From positions 8,618,001-8,682,000 of the forward strand of contig JBHGNT010000012.1 in assembly GCA_043228905.1 (NCBI GenBank): a DNA stretch of 64,000 nt, given 5' to 3'. Under the pieces are notes generated by a model. The model searched no databases, had not been told where the DNA came from, and saw nothing but the letters and a program-made list of their open reading frames with translations. The translations under genes were made by a program, and so were the position numbers. Source of the DNA: Azolla caroliniana (Eukaryota; Plantae; Polypodiophyta). Positions 50,820 through 63,506 of the stretch are shown in pieces. The stretch's first letter is position 1. Each line of letters starts with the position of its first letter.

Positions 50820-53800
50820 GAATGGATCGATCATTTTCCAAAGTGATCCGAAAAGTGGCGGAGGAGTCGCTTTGTTTGCAACAAAACGCCTACCCGAACA
50901 AAGGAAGCAGCTTAAGCAGTCTCCGGGAAGCAGAAACCCTTCTCTAGGCCTTGGTCGGAAGAGACGGCGAATCCGAAGCATTTTCAGCGCTGGAATCGGA
51001 TTCGGAAGGGGGTTACAGTGTGCACACAAACTATTGCAGCAGTAATGACACCCCAGGAGGACCGGAGGATGAGGAGTTGGATACATTATCAACACCGGAA
51101 CCAGAGTTGGCGGATCGGGAACCTCCGGCACTAGACGTGGAGCAACCTCCGGAGACGGAAAAAGACCGGCAAAAACCTCCAACACCAGAAGTCAAGCCGG
51201 CAACACCAAAGGAAGACCGACAAAGACCTCCGACGCCGACGGAACAACAGGAAAAACCACCGACACCACCAACCCGCGTACCGACACCAGATGACGACAT
51301 GCCGTTCCAGTACTCCAAGTATAGGGATGATCCGGACACGGAGGCTCATGTTCACGCGTTTCAACAAACATGGGAGGCGAACCATGTGTCACAACGGTTA
51401 ACCGCGGCAGAAGAGGAACGATCTAAGATAGCCGAATTCGGCGTGACATTGGAAGGACCGTCCGCCAGATGGCACCAGACGCAGGATCGTAGCACCATCA
51501 CCACCTTTGCGAACCTGAAAGATAAATTCTTGCACTTCTTTCAGAAGGAGGTGGACCAGAGAGAAATGGTGGGCCTATTTTATACCATCAGGCAAGACCC
51601 CGGTGAGAGCATTCCGCAGTTTGTCATCCGGTTTCAATGGATGCACAGTCAACTTACCCGCGCACCTTCGGAGGAAGAAGTACAGGCTATATTCTTAGCC
51701 GCGCTCTGGGAACCTCTACGAACGGTATGCACAGTCATCGACTTTCGCACAAGCACCGTCGACCAGGTCATTGACCGGGTTAGAGAAATGGAGAAAACAA
51801 GCTCTTGGCTATCAATAGGAGCTCTCCAATGAGCATTACCAACCGATGAGGATCTCCGGTTCTGGCAAGCAATCCAATATACGACCTACTTGAATTCCGG
51901 ACACTCGTCACTGGAGTGCACCATGCGGATGCATTGCTTACTCTACCAATCTACGAGCCACACGATGGACCGGTGTGAATATAACTTATTGAATTGGCAA
52001 GCACCACCAGTCCGGCAAATCGAGCCACGTAGCAGCCAAGACGAAGAAGACGAACGATGGCGGCGAGAGGAGTGATATCGACCGGCACAGGATGTCCGGT
52101 ACGACGATCGGCGAGACAAATATGACCGGTACAAGAGATATGACAAGTACCGAGATTACAATGGACGATATGAGCATCACAACCGGGATCAATCCCCCGG
52201 GTATCACCAACGACGGGAAGATTACGGGAGATATGACGACCAACCCCGGCAAGGGTACCGCAACAAAAAGAACTTTAATAAAAAACGGCATTTCAAAAAC
52301 GGGAGCCACCCACGGGAACCGGAAAAAGGCGCCTCAAGCAGCCAACCGGACCAGAGCCCCGCGGTTACCATAGGTCCTCCACCGGGTACAGGAAACAATG
52401 CCGAATCCAGCAATACCCGGAAAGCATATTGCTATTATTGTCAGCAAGAAGGACATTATAGTAATCAATGTCCGGCAAAGAGCTATGATAAGTGACCGAC
52501 AGTAAACATGGTAGTCGTCGAAGTCGCAGACCTACAGCAGGTCACCACAAGGTCGAAGGGCAAGACGACGGAATGGGAGACACAAGAGGCCATCTGGAAA
52601 CAGGCAACGGAATGGGTGAAAAAGGCAAATGAGCGAAACGTAGCAGAACTTGCGCAGCAAAAGGAGAACACTGAAGACCTCGCCGGCGGCAGTCAATCCG
52701 AAAACGCGACATGGCAGGCATTGCAGGAATGCCAGATCACGCTGCCGTTAGGATGACTCTTGCAGCTAGTACCAAGATTCACAGAAGAACTCAAGTCCGG
52801 CATGACGACAGGCGGCACACCACCGGCTCCGGCATTCTTCTCAAATCCGGAGGAAGGACCGGCGGTGGTGGACACCAACAGTCCGGCAATTACGGCCATT
52901 GTGAAAGGGAAAGAACTCCCCGACACGATAATAGATGGAGGCTCCGTCGTTAATGTAATAAGCCTCCGGACGTGCGATGCTCTTGGAATCCAAGAGTGGG
53001 AGCCATGTCCGTTCTGGCTTCGAATGGCGGACACAAGCTCGGTGCGACCGACAGGATTAATACGGGACTTAGAAGTAACCATCGGGGGCCACACATTCCG
53101 AATCTCAGTCGTAGTTCTCCAGTTGCAGGCTCAAGGAGCATACCCATTATTGTTGGGACGCCCTTGGTTAAAGACGACACACATCAAGCAGAACTAGAGG
53201 AGGAATATGATTACGTTCCGGCGGGGAAAAGCGAAGGTACGAGTACCAACACAACCAAGGAAGGGCACCGGCAAGGATCTGACACCGTTATATACGGAGT
53301 GCGTCAATATGCTGGAAGGATTAGCAGACGAAGAAGAAGATCAGTACTTGCAGGAGAACCGGAAGATTGTACCTCTATTCGAAATTGATGTCGCTGAAGC
53401 GGTATCACCCTACTTACTGCAACTGGACGAAACCGAAGTAGGACCGGATAGAGAAGCAATCCGGGAGTTACGGCAAGCGCAAGAGGCGTTGGAAAGAGAA
53501 ATGGCCGTATCACAGCGTGTAAAAGCGTCTCAATTAGAAGAGGTAAATCTAGGAACGGCGGAGGAGGCAAAACCGGTGCACGTCGCCAAAGAAATGAATG
53601 CAAAGAACAAAATGGCGATAATTACACTCCTCAATGAGTTTCGCGACGTATTTGCCTGGTCTTACGAGGATATGAGAGGGCTGGATCCTCAGTTATATCA
53701 GCACCAGATACATCTGAGCAAAGACGCCAAGCCGGTAGCACAGCGTCGGTACCGGATGAACCCAAACTACGCCGCCAAAGTAAAGGAGGAAATCGACAAA

Positions 53801-56497
53801 TTGCTGAGGGTTGGCTTCATCCGTCCCGTAAAGAAATCTACATGGCTGAGCCCGATCGTAGTTGTACCGAAGAAGAACGACAAAATTAGAGTTTGTGTCG
53901 ACTACCGGAAGCTCAATGCGGCAATGGTAACGGATGCATTTCCACTTCCGTTTACGGATGGAGTTTTGGATGCCGTCACCGGCCATGAAGTCTACAGTTT
54001 CTTGGACGGATTCAGCGGGTATAATCAGATCTGGATGCACCCTGATGATCAAGAGAAAACGGCTTTCGTCACCGAATGGGGAGTGTTTGTTGCCGTGGTG
54101 ATGATGTTCGGACTGAAAATGGCACCGAGAACATTCCAACGGATCATCATGGAGATCTTTGGCGAATACATACCGGCTTTTATGCAGGTGTTCCTTGACG
54201 ACTTCGCCGTCTATAGCCGAGAAGAAGATCATTTGCAGCCCCTCAGACTATGTCTGGAGAAGTGTAGGGCGTACCGGCTAAGCCTGAATCCGGCAAAGTG
54301 TGTATTTGGAGTGTCCAGCGGAACGCTACTAGGGCATATTGTGAGCAAGGAAGGCATTGCCGTGGATCCGGACAAAGTAAAAGCGATCTAGGAGGCACCA
54401 ACACCAAAAACGACAAAGGCATTGAGCCATTTCTTAGGACAAATCCGTTGGCATAGCCGAATGCTCCGGTATTTGGCGGACCTAGCTACACTACTGCATG
54501 TTGCGGTACACCGAACACCGTTCCAGTGGACCGACACCGAAGATAAGGTGTACCGGGCACTCAAAGTTCTATTGTCGCAAGCGCCTATAGTGCAACCCCT
54601 GGATTGGGCGAAGGAATTTCATGTGTTCGTGGATGCATCCGACATTGCAATCGGGAGTGCGCTGATGCAACTTACGGAGCCAAGATGGTACAAACCTGTA
54701 TATTACGCAAGCCGGAAGTTATCCCAAGCCGAACGAAACTACTCCACCACGGAAAGGGAAGCTTTAGGCATGATCTACAACGCAACAAAATTCAGGCACT
54801 ATTTGTTGGGAAGAAAGTTTTCCTTCCATGTAGATCACTCGGCACTTCTCTACCTAGTGTCCAAAGCGTCACTTACTGGTAAGTTGGCCCGGTGGACTTT
54901 GCTGTTGCAGGAGTTCGAATTCGAGATATTCCACCGACCCGATATACAGCATGCAGTAGCAGATTATTTAAGCCGGTTAGATTCTGGCAAAATTGGCGAC
55001 AGAGTACCGGACGAGTTTCCGGATGCTGAGCTATTTCGAGTCACTGTGGAAATGGCAACAGATGAAACGGTGGCACCAGAAGATAAGTGGCTAACGAATA
55101 TGCACCAATTTCTAAGCACCGGATTGCCTCCGGAGGAGATGAACCGGGACGAGAGGAAGCGCCTAGCGGTACAAAGTCGACACTTCTGTTTATTACAGGA
55201 CACGCTATACCACAAAGGTGCGGACGGTATATGGCGACGAGTGGTGCGCAGCGACGAGAAAGAGGTAATACTACGGGAAGCACACTGCGGAGTTGCCGGA
55301 GGCCATTATGCCGGGGATGCTACGGCTAGGAAGATATGGCAAAGTGGCCTATGGTGGCCGACTACATTGAAGGACGCAATCGGGTATGCGAAAGAGTGTG
55401 ATCTATGCCAGCGAATGGGCCAGCCAACGGAACAAGCTAGGATGCCGCACCAGCCAGTACTACCGCTAGAACCATTTCAGAAATGGGGACTGGATTTTGT
55501 CGGACCATTTAAACCATCGGCAATGAGAACTGGCAACCGGTATGTGATTGTCGCGACGGACTACTGCACTAAATGGGTGGAAGCCAAAGCCTTACGAGAT
55601 AACACCGCAACGTCAACGGCAAAATTCTTATACGAATGCATTTGGTGCCGGTACGGATGCCCAATAAAGCTAATAAGCGACCAAGGAGGGAACTTTCTAG
55701 GACAAGTAGTGGAGAGCTTGATGTCATTCTATGCGGTAGTACATAAACGGAGCACCCCGTACTACCCACAAGCCAACGGATTAGCGGAGTCAACAAACAA
55801 AACGCTACGGAATATCCTGCGCAAGATCGTCAATGAAAATCAGACAGATTGGGACACAAAGCTGCACAATGCGCTCTAGGCTTACCGGACAGCATACAAA
55901 ACAAGCATCCGAACAACGCGGTTCCGGTTAGCATTCGGATTAGAGGCAGTCATGCTGGTCGAATTCCAGGTACCGAGTTTACGGATTCAGATTCGGGAAC
56001 AACTCAATGAAAAAGAAACAGAGGCAATTCGGTTAAAGGCTTTGTGTGAACTAGAGGAACACCGATTGGCGAGCATCATGCACCTGGAATTGGAACAACG
56101 GCGACGGAAAGCGTTTGTAGATCGGCACCGGAAGGGAAACGAGAAAATGTTCGAAATCGGCAAGCCGGTACTAGTGTTCCAGACCCGGATGGGTAAAATG
56201 CCAGGCAAACTATGATTTAGATGGACCGGACCGTACTGGATCACACGCGAGTTCAATGGATCCTACCAGTTAGGGACACTTGTTGGCGAAGTGCAGGGTA
56301 AATGGGTCAACGGATTTAGACTAAAGCCCTACAAAGGACCTATGCCCAAGAACCCATTTGCACAAAGGACCACCACGGAATTAGACGCCGGCAGGCCAAC
56401 CACGACGGCAACTCGTGAGGAAAATGGCTACCATCAAGCCGGTAAGGGGGAGCAGGAGCCGACAACCGGGGAAAGCATAACGACGGCAAATCGTTAA
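50820..56497 (+). pseudogene. gag-pol of the non-chromovirus Ty3, multiple stops
   Basis: IRQDPGESIPQFVIRF (gag), IIDGGSVVN (PR), RVCVDYRKLN, VFLDDF (RT), FVDASD (RH), H...GGHY...CDLC, WGLDFVGP, SDQG, NGLAES (IN), WTGPY. Confidence 0.92.
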
Positions 56498-56956
56498 GAG
56501 GCCGGCAAGGTGCGCGTTTCGGGTAAGGGTCTGACAAGACCGGAGAAAAATTAACCACACAATTTACTTTACAAAAAATAAAAAATAAAAAATAAATAAA
56601 AAATAAAATAAAGGGGCGAATCAAATAAATCATGAAAAGGAGTGGTGGAAACGGCCATGCAAACGAGGAGTAAAGAGGCACGTCGAAAAGGTACGAGGGG
56701 CTATGAATAAGACATTAAACCACCAACACATGGCACGCAATGCTATTATAGTACACGACCTGCACATGCGGAGGCTCGAAAAAGGCACCAAGATGCAGAG
56801 AGAAAAACCCCCACGCATCGAGACCTTCTCCTATCGCGAACCAAGGAGAACAGACGCAGACAGACGCGTGAAGATCAATCGTAGAGAGCTTGCACACAGA
56901 GAACCCCCTCCCTCAGAACTTTCTCTCTCACACTCTCCCCACCATCAAACCTCGCC

Positions 56957-59451
56957 AATGCTCTCCGACCTCGACGCAGAGATGGACTGCCAAACGCTGT
57001 CTGAAGCCGCCAAGAAATGACTATGGCAGCACGGTTTGGAGGGTTTCTTAACGATCATGGAGGCGGCGCCACACAAGGAGGCCAAAAAGATTATAAAAGA
57101 AATTGACACAGAGGTGATCACGGAGGAGGCGATCCGTGCATTAATAGGCCTTCCAGAGGGAGGCATCTACACGATCAATAATCCGACCTCCGAACAACTC
57201 ATCAAATATTTCGGTGAGTACTCTCTTGCTAGCAAGGGCTACAGGACACAGGGCGGCGAAGATATGCTATTCTGCGAAATTGCCCGTGTGCTCCATGAGT
57301 TCGGCCATGTGTACCCTCGACCCCCCGTCATGCCTCAGAACCGAGCAGGCTTGATTATCGCGACATACGAAGGGGTCAAGGTAGATTGGCCGGTGCTGAT
57401 CGCCGACGAGATGTGTACGGCCATTGATATAGTAAGAGGAAAGGACGGCAAGGAAGGCCGGAAAATATGGCATGCGGTGACGCAATGGCTCACCCTGTTG
57501 GCACCACCGGTCGAGCCCGTCCAAACCAAAAAGCGGGGGAGAGCAACGGACGGCACCCCGAAACCTACTTCGAAATGGCAACAACTGTTGGCCTCCAAGG
57601 CCACTAAAGGGAAGACGACCGACGTAGAGAAGGCGGCAAAGGAGCGCGCCAGCCGGAAGCGGCCAATGGACACACACGAGAAGACACCGGCACGGCCCCT
57701 GAAGAGCCCACTCCACCGACCGGTGCAACAGGACACGGATACCCTGGCGGCAAGAATGAATGCCGGGAAGCGTTCGGACCCACAAAAGGATGGAACGGTC
57801 GCAACTCACGCTAAGCATCCTACGCCAAGGGAGGCACCGGAACCGGTTCGGAGGGAACCGGTCACAGAAGTCCTGGCACAACAGGCAGCACCGGCAAGCC
57901 CCGTAACTCAAGAGCCGAATATACAAAGAGCAACCGTCCTAGCCGGCTAACAACAAGCAGACAAGGGGCAGCTAGCCGAAACACACTCAGAGCCGAAACG
58001 GCAAGTGGTCAGCTGGCAGAACAAGAAGCCCTGATCGACGCAGTAAGGCGGGACCAGCCACCGGCGAGTGAACCCATCAGCCAACTCTCCGTGCAAGCGC
58101 AACAATAGTGCACCGGCAGCCAATGGCTCCGGTGGATAGGAGACCAAATTGATGGAGTAGTCGGATGCATAGAGGTGGAAGAAAGAGCGCAAACGGAACG
58201 GTTGCTCGTCACAACTGATGAACTGGAGACGGCCCGGTCAAGGATCCGGTGCCTCGAACAAGACTTGGATCAGATCACAGGAGACATGGCCAAAATGGCC
58301 TTAACCGCAACACAGATCCAAGCACCGGTGACTCCGGTTGATGTACAGAGGAATAAGACCTCGGAGACACAAACTGTCCCGGAGAAAGATGCGGCGCAAG
58401 CCCAAGAGCTTGCGGAATTACGAGATGAACTTGCCACACAAGAAGTATTACGGAGCCACGAACGCGACTTGAAGAAGGCGGCCGAAGAAGAATTAAGGAA
58501 GACTACTGAGACCCTCCGCCGGGCAGAGGAAAACCTGCGTAAAGGACATCATGCTTACGACCGGCTGAAGGAGGAAAAAGAGAAATTGCTACAGGAAAAA
58601 GACAAGCTGCGACGGATGGCGGAGATAGAAATCGAGAGGTTAAAGGAAGAGCTCCGTCAACAGAAGGACCGGGAGGATCGCGCGCGCCGGCATATCAACC
58701 AGAGGCTAAAGCAGAAGACCGATGATTTTGATCATCTGCATCGGGAATACAAGCAACTGGAGACGGAGTATAAGCAACAACAAGAACGGATGGCCGAGCT
58801 CTGGCAAGAAGTTGATAGGGCCACAACGACACTCGCTGAAGAACGAGCTGAGAGTTCCAAGCTATTGGAGGAAGCGGCGAATGATCGGATGGAGCTCCAC
58901 AAACAGAACCATGAAGACAAGGAAAGAGCGACAATGGTATTACAGAGGTTGCAAACAACCTATCAAAATCAATTGTCGCATTATAGGGAGTAGGAGGCGG
59001 ACACGGTCCGAATCATCAAGCAATTGAAAGAGGAGCGACAAGCCGTAGAAAATAAATCACAGATGGGAGCCGAACGGATCCAGTGCATCCTCCGGTCATG
59101 GCTCACTAAGACCAAAGGCTTGATTGACGACAGCTCTGTGCGTTGGTGGACGAAATGGGCACAGAATACGGCGGAACTCCAATTGCTCAGAGCGGACGTG
59201 GAAAACCGGCGGAAGGAGGGTGATGACTGTTATACGCTGACATCAGAGGACTTCACCGCCATAAGGGATGAGCTGGCTGAAGATTTCATAGCCCTGGCGG
59301 ATGAACAATTGGTGCAGGTCATGCAGCTCGTAGCTCAACTGGACGACGATCGGTTGGAGGCTCAAATCCAGTTTGAGAGCTATGAGCAGTCCTGGCTTCG
59401 AGAAGAAAAAGCGAGAAAGGCGGCAACGGTCAACCTAAGCGATGAGGAACC
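56957..59451 (+). pseudogene. Extra ORF downstream of pol (globular N-terminal domain, low-complexity linker, long coiled coil), broken
   Basis: ORFs 57036-57950, 58175-58993, 59024-59451; E/K/R/Q-rich heptad-like C-terminal half. Confidence 0.75.
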
Positions 59452-59584
59452 TGTCAGGAACTCTATTAAGGCAGAGAAGGAATTAGTACTAAAAGAAGGA
59501 TTAGTACTATTGTTGGGGAATAGTACTAAGACAGAGAAGGATTAGTACTATGAGAGGTGTCGAACTTTGAGAGAAGGAATGAGT

Positions 59585-59640
<56 letters not shown>

Positions 59641-59864
59641 TGATGCGAAAGATATATGTATTATATGACGGAAGATATACAACAGTAGTTAGAAGGCTTA
59701 AGACTGGCGTTGAACCGATTTGGTTCGAACTAATGCCTTGCGCCTCCTTTTATAGTGTCTTCAGGAATACTCCTGAAGTTTCTAGAATGTTCCAGAGAAA
59801 TCTGGAATATACATCAATTTCCTAATAAAACCTAAATGAAAATAATATCCTTCAAATTACAACT

Positions 59865-59922
59865 CATAACCTAATGGTAAAGTCTCGACCCGTGTAACAA
59901 AAGGTTATGGGTTCGAGTCTAG
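59865..59922 (+). promoter_or_regulatory. tRNA-like A/B-box cassette at the U3 end of the E3 LTR
   Basis: TAACCTAATGGTAAAG (59867) ... GGTTCGAGTC (59910), 43-nt spacing as in tRNA genes. Confidence 0.72.
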
Positions 59923-62900
59923 TTATGACACTATCCCCCCTTTAAAACGACGAGTTTCACGAGTCGTTTTGGATTGAGGACCCGGTTTCTCGGGATATCG
60001 TCGATGGAAGTCTTCTAGAAGAGCACGAGCATTGGTCACATTCTCGATCGGTTCCCAAGTACGCTCGCTGGGACTATATCCTAGCCAATCGACTAGATAG
60101 TAGAGCTTGTTGCGAACAATCTTGGAATCGAGGATGGCAGCGACCTCATACTCAGGTCCATCTTCGAGCTCGATAGGAGGTGGAGGTTGTATAGTACGTC
60201 CTGGGATAGTGCTCTCGTGATAGGGTTCGAGGAGAGAACTATGAAACACCGGGTGTATCCGAAGTTGCGGAGGTAGCTCGAGACGAAAAGCGACATCATT
60301 AATCTTCCCGATAATACGGAAAGGACCTAATCGTCGATAATCCAACTTCTCACATGGGCGAGTAGTCTTGATGTGTCGCCGTAGCAGCCACACCCGATCT
60401 CCAATGTTAAAACTGGATGGAAGTCGATGACGATCTGCGTAGTCCTTGTGTGATTGTTGAGCTTGCTGGAGTTGAGTAGATAAATCCGCTTGTATCTTGC
60501 GTAACCGCTCCAAACGATCCTCCGCGTAAGGATTTGTGGACACTTCTGGGGTTTCAAGGACACACCACCGGGGATGATATCCCGTATAAGTGTAGAATGG
60601 CGTGACTTTAGTCGATGCGTGGATAGCGTTATTATAGGCAAATTCGGCGAACGGAAGAATATCTGCCCAGTCATTCTGATGATAGTTGAGAAAGCACCGC
60701 AGATACTGCTCCAGTGTTTGATTTGTTCGTTCGGCTTGACCGTCGGTTTGTGGGTGGTAGCCGGAGGAGAGGTTACAAGTGACCTTCAGCATTTTAAAAA
60801 GGTGCTTCCAGAATTTTGACACAAACTGGGGTCCACGATCGCTGATGATATTATCAGGGAGTCCATGATGCCGACATACTTCCCGCATGACAATTTCGGC
60901 GGTGTCTTCACTAGATATTTCTTTAGTACATGGTAAGAAATGAGCCATCTTCGTATATCGATCCACCACTGTGAGAATCGCACTGAATCCCTTAGAGACT
61001 GGAAGATCTGTAATGAAGTCAAGAGCAATGGATTGCCATGGCTTGCTTGGAATTGGTAATGGTTCTAATAAACCATATGGATGATGTCTTGGCATTTTCG
61101 CTCTGCAGCATGTATCGCAAGTCCGAACAAAATCTTCGACAAATTGTCGCATACGGGGCCACCAGAATGATCGTTGTACTAAATCTAATGTTTTAGTACT
61201 ACCAAAATGTCCTGCTGTATATGTGTCATGGCAGTTTTGTACTACTCGAAGGCGGCAAGAACCATTAGGAACATACAAAAGTTCTTTAAAGAAGAGTAAT
61301 CCATCACAGTATTTGAATTGCCGATAATCCGTACCTGGTGATTGTGATTGTGAACATGACGCTCGAGAGGGGTCAATTTGTGCTAGTATAGCTTGGGCGA
61401 AAGCGTCAGTCTTCAAGTCCTCACGTATAGTATTGGTAATGTCGGAATCCACGGGCATGTCAAAGATCTGTGCTGCTTGCAGTCGTGCTGGACCCAAGAT
61501 TACTTGCTTCTGGTTATCGAAAGCTGGCTCACCGGGACGTGGTGTTAGATACGAACGCCGTGATAATGCATCTGCCTTCCCTTGGTGCTTCCCCGGACGA
61601 TATGTAATTTTGAAGTCGAAGCGTGTGAGGAAATGGGCCCACCGAGCTTGACGTCGATTCAGTACACGAGCATCTTGAAAGTAGGCAAGGTTCTTGTGGT
61701 CACTGAATACAGTGACCTGATGAGGAGATCCCTCCAGGAAATGCCTCCATTGCATAAAAGAATCAACTATTGCTAATAGCTCTTTATCATGAATTTCGTA
61801 GTTGATTTCGGCGGCGTCAAACTTACGGGAGTGGAAAGCCACAGGATGTAGCTTCTCGTCGTTACCCTGTTGTGACAGAATGCTCCCCAATGCGAAATCT
61901 GATGCATCAGCTTCGATAATGAATGGTTTTTCCGGATCCACATGACCTAAAATTGGAGCTGATGTAAACGCCTTCTTAAGACTCTCGAAAGCCATGTCCG
62001 TCTCTTTAGACCAAATGAATGATTGTCCCTTCCTGGTGAGCTGTGTGAGAGGCAACACAATTTTTGAGTAATTTTGTATGAACTTCCGGTAGAAATTTGC
62101 AAAGCCTAGGAAGCATTGCACATCCCGCACCGAACGCGGAGTGTGCCATTCTATCACCGTTTTGACCTTGGCTGGGTCCATAGATATGCCTTCTGAGGAG
62201 ATGACATAGCCGAGAAACTCCACTTGGTTGCACCCGAAACTACATTTCTCTAACTTTGCATACAGACCATGTTCTCGAAGTCGTTTTAGTACTAATAGTA
62301 CATGAGAATCATGTTCTTCTTGGGTCTTTGAATAAACCAGTAGATCATCCAAATAGATGATCAAAAAATCATCCAAGAGGTCTCGAAATATATCATTCGC
62401 CATGTGCTGGAAGACTGCCGGCGCATTAGTGAGTCCGAACGGCATGACCGTATACTCGAAGTGCCCATATCTGGTGCGAAACGCGGTCTTCCATTCATCT
62501 CCTGGTCGGATCCGTACGAGGTTATAGGCTCCTCGTAAGTCGATCTTCGTGAAGAACCTGGCACCGTTGATCCGTTCTAAAAGACTTGAGATAAGGGGAA
62601 GAGCATACCTATTTCTTACTGTGACCTTATTCAAGCCACGGTAATCTACAACGAGTCGAAGCGAGCCATCTTTTTTCTTGACGAAGAAAATGGGTGCGCC
62701 GGCTGGAGATTTCGAATGCCGAATGAAACCGTTCTCCAAATTCTCCTCTATATAGGCTCGAAGGACTTCTAGCTCGGTTGGTGACAAATTGTAGATCGGC
62801 CCCCATGGCGGCTCTTTTCCCGGTTGTAAGTCGATGGCGCAGTCGTACGGCCGATGATGAGGAAGTGTGTTGGCTTGTACTTTATCGAACACATCAGCAT

Positions 62901-63480
62901 ACTGACGATACTTCTCGGGAAGTTGAACGGTGGACTCCTCTTTGGTGGTGCTGGAGGGGTGTACTGATATTGCAAAGAGAAACATTTCCTCCTTGCGCCC
63001 TTCCTCACGCAACTGACGTAGCGAAATGGTTGCAACCTTCTGGGTAGATCCTTGGGTTTGTCGCAACCGGATTTCCCTTGTCCTCCAATCTATGTCTGGG
63101 TCATGTAACTCGAACCATGGTAATCCTAAAACTATGGGATGTTCTGGAATACTAATAATATTAAATGATACTACACATGTTAAGTTATCTAGGACAATAT
63201 TAACGGGTTCCGACTCTTCTATGATATTACCAGAAGCAATGGGACGACCATCAATGACTACTACTGAGGCTGGACATGGGAGCTTTCTTAGAGATATCTG
63301 ATGAGCTCGGGCAAAATTCCTATCCATGAAGCAAGAATTAGCTCCGGAATCTAGAAGGGCTAAGGTATGTACTGGAGGGGTACTTTTAGTACTAACTGCT
63401 ACTTGGACTACGAACACATCACTAACTTGCTTAGAGGGAATGGAACCACTAATGGGCTGCACAGATCTAGGGCTGTCCAA
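59923..63480 (-). CDS. pol: E3 pol polyprotein (PR-RT-RH-IN-chromodomain), -1 frameshift entry at ~63513
   Basis: ALLDSGA, YLDD, EADASD, IALDFIT, SDRGPQF, EYEVAAILDSK...YLVDWLGY...TWEP; 1185 open codons. Confidence 0.96.
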   Translation of the reverse strand: MDSPRSVQPISGSIPSKQVSDVFVVQVAVSTKSTPPVHTLALLDSGANSCFMDRNFARAHQISLRKLPCPASVVVIDGRPIASGNIIEESEPVNIVLDNLTCVVSFNIISIPEHPIVLGLPWFELHDPDIDWRTREIRLRQTQGSTQKVATISLRQLREEGRKEEMFLFAISVHPSSTTKEESTVQLPEKYRQYADVFDKVQANTLPHHRPYDCAIDLQPGKEPPWGPIYNLSPTELEVLRAYIEENLENGFIRHSKSPAGAPIFFVKKKDGSLRLVVDYRGLNKVTVRNRYALPLISSLLERINGARFFTKIDLRGAYNLVRIRPGDEWKTAFRTRYGHFEYTVMPFGLTNAPAVFQHMANDIFRDLLDDFLIIYLDDLLVYSKTQEEHDSHVLLVLKRLREHGLYAKLEKCSFGCNQVEFLGYVISSEGISMDPAKVKTVIEWHTPRSVRDVQCFLGFANFYRKFIQNYSKIVLPLTQLTRKGQSFIWSKETDMAFESLKKAFTSAPILGHVDPEKPFIIEADASDFALGSILSQQGNDEKLHPVAFHSRKFDAAEINYEIHDKELLAIVDSFMQWRHFLEGSPHQVTVFSDHKNLAYFQDARVLNRRQARWAHFLTRFDFKITYRPGKHQGKADALSRRSYLTPRPGEPAFDNQKQVILGPARLQAAQIFDMPVDSDITNTIREDLKTDAFAQAILAQIDPSRASCSQSQSPGTDYRQFKYCDGLLFFKELLYVPNGSCRLRVVQNCHDTYTAGHFGSTKTLDLVQRSFWWPRMRQFVEDFVRTCDTCCRAKMPRHHPYGLLEPLPIPSKPWQSIALDFITDLPVSKGFSAILTVVDRYTKMAHFLPCTKEISSEDTAEIVMREVCRHHGLPDNIISDRGPQFVSKFWKHLFKMLKVTCNLSSGYHPQTDGQAERTNQTLEQYLRCFLNYHQNDWADILPFAEFAYNNAIHASTKVTPFYTYTGYHPRWCVLETPEVSTNPYAEDRLERLRKIQADLSTQLQQAQQSHKDYADRHRLPSSFNIGDRVWLLRRHIKTTRPCEKLDYRRLGPFRIIGKINDVAFRLELPPQLRIHPVFHSSLLEPYHESTIPGRTIQPPPPIELEDGPEYEVAAILDSKIVRNKLYYLVDWLGYSPSERTWEPIENVTNARALLEDFHRRYPEKPGPQSKTTRETRRFKGGIVS

Positions 63481-63506
63481 CCAAACGGCTCCTATTTTGG
63501 CTGGAC

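Larger units (their letters stand above)
50203..59451 (+). mobile_element. Non-chromovirus Ty3/Gypsy (Phygy/Selgy-like), degenerate, 3' end displaced by E3
   Basis: 5' LTR 50203-~50664 (TGTTA...TAACA); PBS TGGCGACCA 50672; gag, PR, RT, RH, IN without chromodomain; extra 3' ORF. Confidence 0.9.

Noticed and set aside
53304-57926. Antisense ORFs over the Ty3 element (e.g. 53693-54232, 57267-57926)
   Set aside because: Shadow ORFs on GC-rich coding sequence with no recognisable motifs.
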